A stretch of 64,000 bases of DNA from Schizochytrium sp. TIO01. Taxonomy: Eukaryota; Protista; Bigyra: Labyrinthulomycetes. Below are positions 35,914-47,191 of this stretch, in pieces (within the stretch, counting starts at the first letter, position 1; the number at the start of each line of letters is the position of its first letter). The stretch is taken from positions 3,572,747-3,636,746 of the forward strand of contig SMSO01000037.1 in assembly GCA_004764695.1 (NCBI GenBank), written 5' to 3'. Position numbers and translations under genes: made by a program. Under the pieces are notes generated by a model, which searched no databases, was not told the origin of the DNA, and worked only from the letters and a program-made list of their open reading frames with translations.

Positions 35914-37001
35914 GCCACTTTTCTATTCGAGACCCCGTAAGATGTTTGAACCATTCAGACCTTTTCCTCAGCAAGTATTGGTTGAGCGCGCAGGATCTGC
36001 GCGATAACACTGCCACTTTTATATCATCTCTGCTTTTAAATCTGCTTCACTAGAATATTTAGTATTGTATTTCAATCTTTGAAAACTACGGATTATTCTG
36101 ACTCATGTCCTTTTCAATCAGTACAGCTGTTCACTTAGGCCACATCGCAGAATTAGCATAGTGCACATTCAAGAGGAAGATTGTTAAAGAGCATGCGATC
36201 GACGCGGAGCTCTCTATAAAACTGCAGTATTTGGATACAGCTGCTTTCAATGTTCCGCTATCTACCTAAAACGATTAGAATTGGTAAAATCCATTTTGAA
36301 TGGGTGTGTGCTTGGGCATGTGGAATTCGGAACTGGAATTCACGGAATACAATACCGCTCCTGCAAAAAAAACTATTACTAAATAAAATTTAAATGCATA
36401 TTGATCCGTTGAGTGCGTCGTTAATGGCATTGGGATAGCCTTAATATTTTAGGTAGATGGGTGGACTCTGGAAATCAGTCCCTCTTTTTACTTCCAGAAC
36501 GAAATAGCATATGATTAGGCTAAGTAACGATGGGGTTTACAAAGTAATGCTAAGAGTATTTATTATGATTTTAGCACACACGTGCACCTCAATAGGCCTC
36601 TTCAGTGAAAGTAATTATTGCGCTTAAGATGGAGTATATAATACTGATCTTTATATTAAAGTCACGACGGCTTCTAAACAATCTCAGGTAATGATTCAAA
36701 CGTGTTAAATCAAGCTGTCTGAATTGAAATATCGCAGAAAAGACCGGTGGAGGTTTGTAGTCGTAAGTCAAGAAGCGAAGCAAGTATTGCAAACATTATT
36801 GCATACTCCGACTAAGCCTTGTATAGAGCAGCGGCCTGCAAAGACTACCTTCGTATGCAGCTCGGAGTAGGCAGCTAAGGAGTTTAATCGAGGCAAGTGA
36901 CACAGATTCCCCCAATCGAAACCAGGTTTACAATTTGCTATTGTAGATTTTGAGTTGCAATATCTACAGACCAGGGTAAGATCAAGCAATTTCGCAGCCC
37001 C

Positions 37002-38642
37002 ATGGGCTGCAACCCGTCTTTAATGGTGGCTCCTCCACCATCACTTGACGAGGCTTTTTTTACCGCAAATTCAAGAACTGAGACTCAAAAGCATGGCACA
37101 GAGGGAACACAATCAGGTTCTAAACAATCTCTTGGTTTGGAGCAATCCAGGAAACATGACATCTCCACGCGATTAGACTCTATACATAAAGGTGGCAACC
37201 ATCAAATTGCTCTGAGCGATAGTGGACCGGAGACAAAGGACGAAGATGCATCGCTACCAGTTATGAACCAAATGAAAGGAAGGTCACGTTCATCTGGCTA
37301 CATCCCAGTTATGCAAAATCATGAAGAGCAAATGTCCGCTGTATTTCGCATGAGCTCTAGCCTCAACGAAACTAAACAACAGCAAGTTATTCATGAAACT
37401 GCTAAGATAGGAGTTTTATTGCAACAACCCGTCACTAGCAGTGCTGTGCCTGGAAAATCAAACGAGACTATGCTTGCGCCCACAACAGCAGCAGCGCCGA
37501 TAAATTCTACACCAGTCACTTCATCCTCCTCTTCCAAGCGTCGAATGCGATGGAAGAAGGGGGAGTTGATTGGCGCCGGGTCGTATGGAAAGGTGTTTGT
37601 AGGTCTAAATGAACTCAGTGGCTCTTTAATGGCTGTGAAAGAGGTTCATGCAAGTAGCGAAGCCGAAGTACGAGCCCTTCAGCAGGAAGTAGGCCTGATG
37701 CGTTCGCTTCGCCATGAAAATATCGTACAGTACTTAGGCTCGGAAGCAGATGCCCGACTCAACATTGTCTACATCTTCACAGAATGGGCTCCAGGAGGAA
37801 GTATTGCAAGCCTATTACAAAAGTTTGGGGGACTTACAGAAAGCGTTGTGCGAAAATACACCCGACAAATTCTCCAAGGTCTAGCATATTTGCATCGGAA
37901 AGGCGTGATTCATCGAGATATTAAAGGTGCTAATATTCTTGTAGACGATCGAGGCTGCATAAAGCTTGCAGATTTCGGCGCTTCAAAAGTTCTAAGTGCG
38001 TCGGCGGGAGTAAGTATCCTTGAAAACCAGTCACTTCGTGGGACTCCATACTTCATGGCCCCAGAAGTTATAATGCAATCGGGCCATGGCCGAAAGGCCG
38101 ACATTTGGAGTGTCGGTTGCACAACTTTGCAGATGGTATCAGGCAAACCTCCTTGGAAATCAATGAAGTTTGGATCTCTTCAAGCATTAATGTACCATAT
38201 TTGTAACACAAACGAGGCCCCGCCAATGCCGCCTGATATTTCTTCGGGTTTACGCTCATTTCTGATGATTTGCTTCCAGCGACTTCCAGCAGAGCGTCCG
38301 ACAGCAGTCAGTCTTCTGCAACACCCCTTTTTAAATTTACCTGCGCGTGAGGAACTGACTTCTGCGGGGACTCAACAGACCGAGAGAGATATTGAGGAAC
38401 AACATGATGAACGCAGCTTGAGAAGCTTCATAAAGAACCATTCATCTTTTGGGAAACCCTTAAGCGGATTAAAAAGTAATTCAAGTGGTGATAAAATCGC
38501 AGTCAAAAGTGAGACTCCTCCTGGTGCCAATGGCGGCGCAAACGTAAACGTGCAATACAAGTCAAGCAGTGGAAATGAAAAGTCAGATCAACAGACGCCG
38601 TTAGCGTTAACGTTACAATCAGGCAATCATAGCAGCAGCGAT

Positions 38643-38681
<39 letters not shown>

Positions 38682-39113
38682 AACAATAACAACAACAACA
38701 ACAACAACTTTAATAACAATCAAAGAGAGACCTTGTCTGGTCCTGGTCGCCTGGCTGTAAATTTTCACGAGCATAGCAGCTATCCACAGAATGACGCATT
38801 GCAGCCTGTGCAGCCGGAGTTAGCATCCTTTCAAGATCCTTCTACTAAGCCTTGGCTCACATACACTAGCGAAAGGCGTGTCGACGAGTTAGAGGTTACC
38901 TCATATCTTAGAGATCGCGCCCTACAGAGTAGGCGGAAACGTGATGAATGGGAAAACACCGTGATCGATACCATGGAGACGCAAAAGATTCGCGATGAGT
39001 TACGCCGCAAAGAACATGATCATAAAAAGAAGAAGCAGATGGAGCGCGAGCGCTGGCAGAAGGAGATGAAAGAGGAGCTTGATTTTCAGAGACGAACTGG
39101 ACTTCGAGGCTAA
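37002..39113 (+). CDS. MAP kinase kinase kinase, MEKK/STE11 group, NPK1/ANP-like
   Basis: RWKKGELIGAGSYGKV, MAVKEV, HRDIKGANILV, KLADFGAS, GTPYFMAPE, ADIWSVGC. MGC N-terminus, poly-Asn tract, and C-terminal coiled coil. Confidence 0.92.
38643..38720 (+). repeat. (AAC)n coding microsatellite, poly-Asn
   Basis: Direct reading; 22 consecutive Asn, then FNNN. Confidence 0.95.
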
Positions 39114-39389
39114 AAATTGAGACCTCACTACTATGCATGCTTGACGTATGGTGCATGCATGATCACAAAGTTCTCCTCCATAGGACTAGATGTTTTACAT
39201 CTAGCATTTTTTTGAGTTAAATTATTACACGTGTACTTCCTTTGTTAGCTACTACCCAAACAATAGCTTAAGGAAATGTACATCCTGAAGAGAGATAAGT
39301 TGAGTTTATATAATTTCCATTACACATATTATGTATATTGCTTATGAGCCTTTGATTGCGCCTAATCTTACGTCAGCCCTGGGATAGAA

Positions 39390-40435
39390 TTATTTATTGT
39401 CGTTTGTCTTTTTATCTCCAAAGATATTATCCCAGTTGCCTCGACGCCAGTAATCATAACCAGAAGCAAAGGTTGAAATGCCGCTGATAGCCCAGATTGC
39501 AGGCATCAGCTCGACGGGAGGAATATTAAATGCGACATGGGTCATTGAGAACCAGAGAAGTCCAAACTGAAACAAAGTGTTCCATTTACTAATCATAGAT
39601 GCTTCAACGGCCTCTACACCAGACCCTGAACCCATATCAAAGAAACCAACGCCTTCAGGCTTCGTGCGATAACGGACATAGAAGGAGCCTAAAAGAAGGC
39701 CAGCGTCACGACCTAAGATAAGACCGCCTAGCCACAAGGGGATGATGCCCTTGGCCGTAAGGGTGACGAGCGTTGCACCAACAAAGAGCTTATCAGCCAA
39801 TGGGTCCAGAAAGAGCCAAAGACGGACATTTGGTTCCATTTGCGAGCCAAATATCCATCCACCCAGTCGAAAAAGCCTGCAAACCAGAACGTAACAATTG
39901 CAGGCACGTAGTGATCTGAGGCAATAAGCCAACATATACCCGGGGTAGCGATGATCCGCGTCATCGTCAGTGCGTTTGGGATGTTTAAGGCATCATCCCA
40001 AAACTCCTTGGAGCCAATCACCAGCCTCTGGCCCTCCTTTTTACTCGCATCAGAAATTACTAATTGCTGCGCCGCTGCACTCAGTGCTTGATCTCGCAAT
40101 CTGGACGATTTTTCCAACAAAGTCTCATTCTGATTGGAACTTCCATCAACCCCAATATTCGAAACCTTGGAATCCTTCTGAGAAGGCGTTCGCGGGGTTG
40201 CGCTAGATGACGACAAAGGTCTTGACGATGAAAGCCCTGTCAAAGTTATGAGATCACCTCCAGGGACTAAATTTGGCCACAAAGCACTTCCAATCTTGAA
40301 ACGAACTCCGTCTACCGCCAAGTTTGATTTCGGGCGAAGCTTGTTTATTGACGATGGGAATAAACCTGCATAGGCGAGACCTCGTCGCGGCACCGAGGTT
40401 GCCCTCATCGAGGCCATGGCCATAGTCAGCTTCAT
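39390..40435 (-). CDS. CRLS1: Mitochondrial cardiolipin synthase (CDP-alcohol phosphatidyltransferase), ~348 aa after restoring 1 nt at ~39810
   Basis: Presequence-like R/S-rich N-terminus and NIPNALTMTRI. The motif DWVDGYLARKWNQMSVFGSF|LDPLADK is split between ORFs 39728-40435 and 39390-39935. Also LILGRD and SMISKWNT. Confidence 0.85.
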
Positions 40436-41193
40436 GGTTCTCCCGGTGAGCCTTAGACAGAAATACGACTAGCGCGCGTTAGACGCCCACCAAATAAAGG
40501 CCAAACAAAGGCAAACTTTGCGAGAACAGAAACCAGAAGGTGCTCTAGATAAGCGGCTTCACTCCGCACAGAAGCGGAGGACCTCTCTTGGTTGAGAGAT
40601 TGACAGCAATATTGATGACTTCTGTACATTATAGCAAACTACTAACACGCTAGTTGGCTAGGTAAATACTATTACTCTTCACCTTTCACTGATAGTCTAA
40701 AGTTAGTTTTAAAAAAAGAAAAAAAAAAAGAGAGAAAATGATGAAAGTCATGTGCGACACCACTTGACTGTCAGGTTCTGCTTCATCCTTGTGTCTTTGC
40801 TACCCTGAGAAAGAGACGCTTACATGCAAAGAAGGATCTACCTTAACGACGGAGCTTGCAAAAGACAATTGAAACAAGGAGTTGTGTAGTTTGGTTACTC
40901 TAGTGTACACGGTATCAAGGTCTGTAGTTACTCGTAATCATAGTAAGGCCTCAAAGCTTCGTGTCGTCACTTCGCGGAAGAAAGTTTTCATCACAGACGG
41001 ATCCTCTCTTCGTTCGTTCGCTCCTTCCTTCGTTCCTTACTTCCTTACTTGCATGCTTCTTCACACGCGACTTCACGTGGACCTGTAACAACACTCTTCA
41101 AGCAGTAGTCGCTGGTAAAAGCTACTCATATTAGCTTATTGACTCCAAGCGAGGGTGAGGTAGAAACTCGAGTCAAAACAATCGCTCATGGGG

Positions 41194-41991
41194 TGTAACA
41201 CATATACAAATTGCATTTCGAATAAACCACGTTGGTAGGTATACTTAGCTAGAGCTGCCTGCAAGTTGGGTCTTTGGGTGGTTTGATTTAGCAGCACGGC
41301 AGGTAGGTATCTCGGTGTAGCGACACTACTATTTAAATCGTGTCGCACAGATGATTGACGTCTACCGAGAACCACAGTTCTTTGGGGGCACAGACTCAGC
41401 AAAGAAGTCTCTTGATGCTCTGAAGATCAACTTAGGTCTGAGCGACGGCTTTGTTGTCAAGAGGTCACGAAGTGAGAATAAGGGACAATGAAGAAATCAA
41501 GAGTCGAAGGCTAGCCAAGTAGTTGGTAATCATCACGAACAGCTGTAGCACAAGCAGTGATAGTGCGCATCTAAGTAAGAGGAGCGTGGTGTGTTCAAGG
41601 AATGAGTCATTATTTCGGCTTGACCTAACTAAATAGTGAGGGTAGGACCTCACTAGATATAACAGTATGCGATAGCTAATGCAAAGAAGAAGAATATGGC
41701 GGCAGACATTCGAGCGAGCCGTGAAGGTCCGGTCGTCTGTCAACGGTCCTTTCGAGGTTGGTAGGAGTAGATGAGGGAAACACGTAAGGGCTTTACGTGG
41801 GATCCTGGGTGGACAGCAGTGATTTATACCATACCACCCACATGGGTACAACTATGGAATGATGTACATGTGATGATTGTGAATCAAATTAAGAATAAAC
41901 GATTATATATGGGAGAGGCTAATGCAATAAGGTTGGAGGGACAACTTGGGAGCAATCAATCATTCAATCAATCATAGTAGCAGGTGTTACA
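41194..41991. mobile_element. Possible solo-LTR-like element
   Basis: Bounded by TGTAACAC (41194-41201) and GTGTTACA (41984-41991), an 8-bp TG..CA inverted repeat, with non-coding interior. No target-site duplication and no PBS visible. Confidence 0.25.
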
Positions 41992-42307
41992 ACGCGAAGC
42001 TCGTCTTGCTTGGTCTTGCTAGAACATTGATCCCCCTAAAGAGGAGTCTAAGTGGAGAGTGCAAGCAACTGACTTTAAGGGATACCTGCAATATATAGCT
42101 TTGCGCTGAGACGAACAAACACGCTTTGTCACCTCATTTAACGCAATCGAGCCAATAGTTTGACCAAATCATCAGCTTCAAACAAGCTTTGAAAAGGCAT
42201 TTGTGGTGAGGCAGCTCTTACTGCAGCCTTCTAGTGTAAAAGTGCAGCTATTCTTTGGAAGAGAACTCTTGCATCCATTGAGATAGTAAGATAGATTTGG
42301 GCGCAGC

Positions 42308-45300
42308 ATGCTTAAAGATAGTGGTTTTGACAAAAAGTTACAGGATAGGTCCTGGCGAGCTTTAATATGCAACTCAATTTTGCAATTGAAAGATGACCAA
42401 GCAACTGGTAATACTTTGTATATATTAATGTCCATTTTCCGAGGGCTCAATATTTTAAATCTACCCTTGAGCTCTGACTTTGGTGGGGCTTGGTATTCAG
42501 GGCTAAGTACGCTTCGAGCAGGACTACGGCACTTCTCATTCGGATTCTACTCATTTACCGACTCACAGCTCATAATTGCACTTCTTATTATAGTCTGTGA
42601 AATTTTGCTTGTATGCGCAAGCAGTGCATTACTTGTCTTGCGTCCAGGATATTTTGGAACTAAAAGTAGACGGACACTGGAGGTCATTCTCAGGCTTAAT
42701 CAGTTTCCTCTGCAGCAAGGAATTCTTATGATTCTTGCACGATGTGCAGTGGGATCTAGTGAGATAACTGGCTTGGAGGTCTTGACGAAAACAGTCGCAA
42801 GCGTCGCAATCATTCTACACGTATTCCTTACAAGCAGTGCAGCTTTGTTATTATACCAAAATTTGCCAGCTGCCAGTGAAGCAAGTCCGCATGGAATAAG
42901 CATGGTTCACGGTCGTGTAGAATGCGTCAGTACTTTAGTCTGTGGTATTTTTGACATTTTCGCAGGTGTAATTTTAGAACGAAGAATACGATACACTGAC
43001 CAATCTACGATTGCTATCACCAGCTTGTTTCGCTCTCTCTGCATTGTTGGTACGGGCTTTGTCGCTGGTTTGTATTTCTTTTTTGCACCGTTCTATTCTA
43101 TGCCTCTTAACAGGTTCAATGTAAACCTGTATACATTTTTGTGCTGGGCATCTGTATGCAGTGTCGCAGCTGTAGCAGTGTATGACGCCGATGATTTGTC
43201 TTCAATGTTTTTGTGGATTCTTACAACTCCTTTCCTTCTAAAATCCGTGCAATTTGCTCAGCAACTTTTTTTTGCAAAACTACTTGCGATTACGGGCATA
43301 AGTCAGCTGAATAATCCTATGTTTTTAGAACTGAAGCTTCGATTACAATACTTACAAGGAGATCATCGAGAATGGTCATTTTCTGGAGACTTAGAAAAGG
43401 ACTACCGCTTGGCTGTAGCTGAGATGCCAGATTCCGCATTTTTAATATTTCTCACAGCCTTGTTAGCAGCGTCAAAAGGGAATAGTATTGTGTATTCGTT
43501 AAAACTTATTCGGCAAGCAAGGCGTGTGATACGCTACTACGACGAGATCCTTATGCTAGCTTATAACAACAAAATCAACGAGCGACGCCAAGAAATGCAC
43601 ACAGGAGCTATTACATTTCTGCAGCATGACCAACATCTCACAGCAGCCCAAGCTTCTATTGTTCAAATTACCAAACATATCACACAGTTTTGGAAAAAAA
43701 CTTCGCAGGGGCAGTCTTCTATTCAAGAGCTGCTTGCTTTGGCTAATAGGGTTCACGAGGAGGTACAGGATTGCCAATCACATCTTGCGGAGTTACAGCG
43801 ACTAGCCCACAATGACGTACAAGGGTTGCGTGTGCAAGCTATGTTCTTGCACTATATTGAGCATGATTCTCAACGAGCCCAAGAGCTCCTTGCTCGTGCT
43901 TCGAGCTTCAACTCTGACAACGGAATGGAAGGGTTTGCAGTGTGTGTACTCAGTGGAGATCTATCATCGATTGGTAAAATTCTTGAGGTTTCCCATCCAC
44001 TATGCTCGTTATTTGGGTACTCTAAAGTTGACCTTTTAGGACGTAACATCATCATGATCATTCCTCCTCCGTTTGATCGCATTCACGACCGCATGCTTCG
44101 CAATTTTGTCGCTTCTGACTCAGACTTTAGTACACAAACTCGACGAATCTATGGACTTCATCGCAAAGGATACATTATCCCGGTTGACTTTGTTTTGACA
44201 CCTAGCACAAATGCAAACAGTGACCTTGTACTTGTTGCGCGTTTAACTCCCAAGCGCCTAGCCTGCAATGAACATATCTTATTAGTAGATCGTGCGAGCG
44301 GTACAGTTACGGCCTGTACTGAAGATACTGCCGAGGAATTAGGCATCGACGAACATGACATCTACGCTTTGGCAGTTCCAATTAGCTCCGTTCTGCCAAA
44401 TTTTTACAATGATATTGGAGAGCTTACCTATCGGGGAGACGGTGGTTTAGTGGAAATCGCTCAAATGTTATTCCGAGTCAGGGTGCACGAGCTTGAGTAC
44501 AAATCACGTATTACGGAGGGGGATGACCGATATGAATGCTCCGTGATTATGGTTAATTTGAAGAGAGATGAAACTGCAGGGTTTGGTATGCAATATGGCT
44601 TCAGTCACTCCCCTTTGAGTCCTGGGATGTCTTCAAAGCGAGGGGAGAGCTCTTCCTCAGGTTTTAACTTTGGACTTGGAGCTGGGGCCAAATCGAAGCG
44701 TATTGGAGGGAGCAGGTTATCAGGTTTAGGTCGTTCCTCCCAGCAGCAGGTTGGATCTAGACAAAGCCTCTCTTCCACTGTTTCTCACTCCAAGACTTCT
44801 CCAAAGTCACCTTCAAAAAGTCCCCGTTCACCAAAATCTCCAGTACCATTCCAAATGCATGGCACTTCTTTTGGTTCACGGTTTAGCAGAGCATCGAACA
44901 GTAAAAGCTTTGCGCACGGATCAGACCATCGCCCCAGTGATACATCAGACCGTGGTAATGGCAATGAAGATGGCGCAGTACCAGACAGCCAAATGGAGAT
45001 GATCAAAGGTTTAATTGCGGTTAAATTGTCTCGACGGGATGCGCAGGTTGTGCGATTTAAAAGGTTTGCAGCAGCCTTTGGAATTGCTGCATTTCTCGTT
45101 ATGACCGCGAAAACAGTTTTCTTCTTGCAAAAATATAACATTCAGGTAGACCTGATCAACAATATTCGAACTGCGGCAAGTGTTATGCATCTCTGTACTC
45201 TTGCAAGTGCTCTTGTTCAGTATGACGCGCAAACCTTTGGTTCAGAGATGCGTACGGAGTTGATTACAACCCTGAGTGAGATCGAAACAAACTATCGTAT

Positions 45301-47179
45301 CCTCATTGATGGTGCAATCGAGGGGTCGCAAGAGTTTGAAACACTCGTATACTCGCCTGATGTGGAAGAATGGCCATATCAGGGTACTGCTCTTGACGCA
45401 GTGTCATTTGATGTAGCAATACACAGTTTCATGAGTCATATGGGCCGAGTTATTGATGCCGGTGTGAACGAAACAGGCTGTGATTCGTCATGCCAATATT
45501 TAATTAATAATGGGCCATTTTCGATCCTTAAACAAGGGCGCATCATAATCGAAAAACTCCAAACAACGTCCATTGGACACATGTACACGATACAATTAAT
45601 GGAAAATTCTATTGCTATTGCAATTACAGGAGTCCTGCTCATTTCAATCATATCAGGGTATGTTCCTATCCTTACAACTTTCCATGCTCGCCGCGTAAGT
45701 GTAACGTCCGCTTTCAGGGCAATCCCTCCATCACTTCGTTTAAGTTTGCATAAAGAGTCTGATTCAAGATTTCAGACTTTACAGCAACTCCAGCACCAAC
45801 ATGAGATCTCTGCTCAGTTCAATGGATCGAACGGCCAAAAGTCTGGACTCAGTGATGATGATGATGGTGATGATGATAATGATGGTGGTGATAATAAATC
45901 ATTCGATGGAGGTAAGCGCACGGGTGGTGGACTTGTATTGCAAAACACAAGCCTGATCCGCACTAAAGCCAATGGATCAGGGGCAGGACAGTCAAACTCA
46001 TCAGACGATTCAATTGGGGCTTCTATTGACGAATCGATGATAGGTGGTCCCGAAAAAATAAAAAGGCAGCAAAGTACCAAGGTGCATGCAGCACGCGAGC
46101 AGGTTGCTGCAAGTTTTATTGCAAAAGATCAAATGCTTAAAAGGCGAAGGACTTTTCGAGGGTCCTTGCGCCGTATAACGTCATTGCGTCATGCGAGATT
46201 AGTCTCGGCTCAAGTCAGCACCCTCGCTGCGGACCAAAAGCTCAAGTGGTCTCGTAGTGTAAGTCGTTGGATTCGACGATTGGGAAGTATTGTTGGTGCA
46301 GTATTTTATGTAGGTATATCAGCATGGGTGACATTAGCATTTATCCTAGCAGAAATTCCAGGGACTCGGAACTTTCGGAGTCAAGTGGGAAATCTTGGCT
46401 CCTCTATTTACGTGGCTGCAACACGCACAATTAACAGAGATGAAGTCAATTTTTTAGGAATGATACCTCTCCCTGGTAGTTCCTCAGTTTGGCAAGGCGC
46501 CGAGACTCGATATGAGGATTCATTTCTACAACTTCAATCAGCAACGATAGGCTTAGCTATGTCATCTCGAGAACTTAAGTATGGAAACTCTTCCATTATG
46601 CTTGAGCCATATACATCAACGAACGGGACTCAGTTTACTCTAAACTTTGAGTCCGCATGTCTTTCCCGCTGTCTTACGGAGAAGGAGGCCATTGATTCTG
46701 GTCTGAGGCTATCTCCAGAGCCCAAGCTGATGCGCAATTTACGACGAGGGCTTTTGTTTGCGCTGGATCAATACATCCGGGACGGATACCTCCTGGGACA
46801 GATACGTTTGGGACATCACACAAGTAATTTATCAACAAGCGAAACCCTCCAAGAAAGCTTATTCGGTGATTTGCCTGCCAATTTAATGCTAAGCGAAGCT
46901 CTAATTGAATCTACAGATGCATACTACGAGTCTCTCCTCAGTGCTGTTCAAGATCGGCGTTTCACAGAATCCAAGACTTTGATAATTCTAATTGCTTTGC
47001 TGCTTGTTGGTCACATTATCTGCAGTCGTGCGGTTTATGCATTGGAGCGGGAGCTCAATAAGATATACTATCTGTTATCAATCCTACCAGAGCAAGTCTA
47101 TACGCAAGTGCCCCAATTTCTTGCGCTTCTTCGAGATGAACATAATCTTCACGACGCCAGTTTCATTCGCAATCATTGA
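42308..47179 (+). CDS. Large polytopic PAS-domain membrane protein (TmcB/TmcC-like), 1623 aa
   Basis: N-terminal multi-TM region, then a helical TPR-like block (FWKK...AMFLHYIEHD). PAS domain LCSLFGYSKVDLLGRNIIMIIPPPFDRIHD...YGLHRKGYIIPV. Ser-rich linker and two TM-flanked extracellular segments. Confidence 0.85.
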   Translation: MLKDSGFDKKLQDRSWRALICNSILQLKDDQATGNTLYILMSIFRGLNILNLPLSSDFGGAWYSGLSTLRAGLRHFSFGFYSFTDSQLIIALLIIVCEILLVCASSALLVLRPGYFGTKSRRTLEVILRLNQFPLQQGILMILARCAVGSSEITGLEVLTKTVASVAIILHVFLTSSAALLLYQNLPAASEASPHGISMVHGRVECVSTLVCGIFDIFAGVILERRIRYTDQSTIAITSLFRSLCIVGTGFVAGLYFFFAPFYSMPLNRFNVNLYTFLCWASVCSVAAVAVYDADDLSSMFLWILTTPFLLKSVQFAQQLFFAKLLAITGISQLNNPMFLELKLRLQYLQGDHREWSFSGDLEKDYRLAVAEMPDSAFLIFLTALLAASKGNSIVYSLKLIRQARRVIRYYDEILMLAYNNKINERRQEMHTGAITFLQHDQHLTAAQASIVQITKHITQFWKKTSQGQSSIQELLALANRVHEEVQDCQSHLAELQRLAHNDVQGLRVQAMFLHYIEHDSQRAQELLARASSFNSDNGMEGFAVCVLSGDLSSIGKILEVSHPLCSLFGYSKVDLLGRNIIMIIPPPFDRIHDRMLRNFVASDSDFSTQTRRIYGLHRKGYIIPVDFVLTPSTNANSDLVLVARLTPKRLACNEHILLVDRASGTVTACTEDTAEELGIDEHDIYALAVPISSVLPNFYNDIGELTYRGDGGLVEIAQMLFRVRVHELEYKSRITEGDDRYECSVIMVNLKRDETAGFGMQYGFSHSPLSPGMSSKRGESSSSGFNFGLGAGAKSKRIGGSRLSGLGRSSQQQVGSRQSLSSTVSHSKTSPKSPSKSPRSPKSPVPFQMHGTSFGSRFSRASNSKSFAHGSDHRPSDTSDRGNGNEDGAVPDSQMEMIKGLIAVKLSRRDAQVVRFKRFAAAFGIAAFLVMTAKTVFFLQKYNIQVDLINNIRTAASVMHLCTLASALVQYDAQTFGSEMRTELITTLSEIETNYRILIDGAIEGSQEFETLVYSPDVEEWPYQGTALDAVSFDVAIHSFMSHMGRVIDAGVNETGCDSSCQYLINNGPFSILKQGRIIIEKLQTTSIGHMYTIQLMENSIAIAITGVLLISIISGYVPILTTFHARRVSVTSAFRAIPPSLRLSLHKESDSRFQTLQQLQHQHEISAQFNGSNGQKSGLSDDDDGDDDNDGGDNKSFDGGKRTGGGLVLQNTSLIRTKANGSGAGQSNSSDDSIGASIDESMIGGPEKIKRQQSTKVHAAREQVAASFIAKDQMLKRRRTFRGSLRRITSLRHARLVSAQVSTLAADQKLKWSRSVSRWIRRLGSIVGAVFYVGISAWVTLAFILAEIPGTRNFRSQVGNLGSSIYVAATRTINRDEVNFLGMIPLPGSSSVWQGAETRYEDSFLQLQSATIGLAMSSRELKYGNSSIMLEPYTSTNGTQFTLNFESACLSRCLTEKEAIDSGLRLSPEPKLMRNLRRGLLFALDQYIRDGYLLGQIRLGHHTSNLSTSETLQESLFGDLPANLMLSEALIESTDAYYESLLSAVQDRRFTESKTLIILIALLLVGHIICSRAVYALERELNKIYYLLSILPEQVYTQVPQFLALLRDEHNLHDASFIRNH

Positions 47180-47191
47180 TCAGGATAGAAA

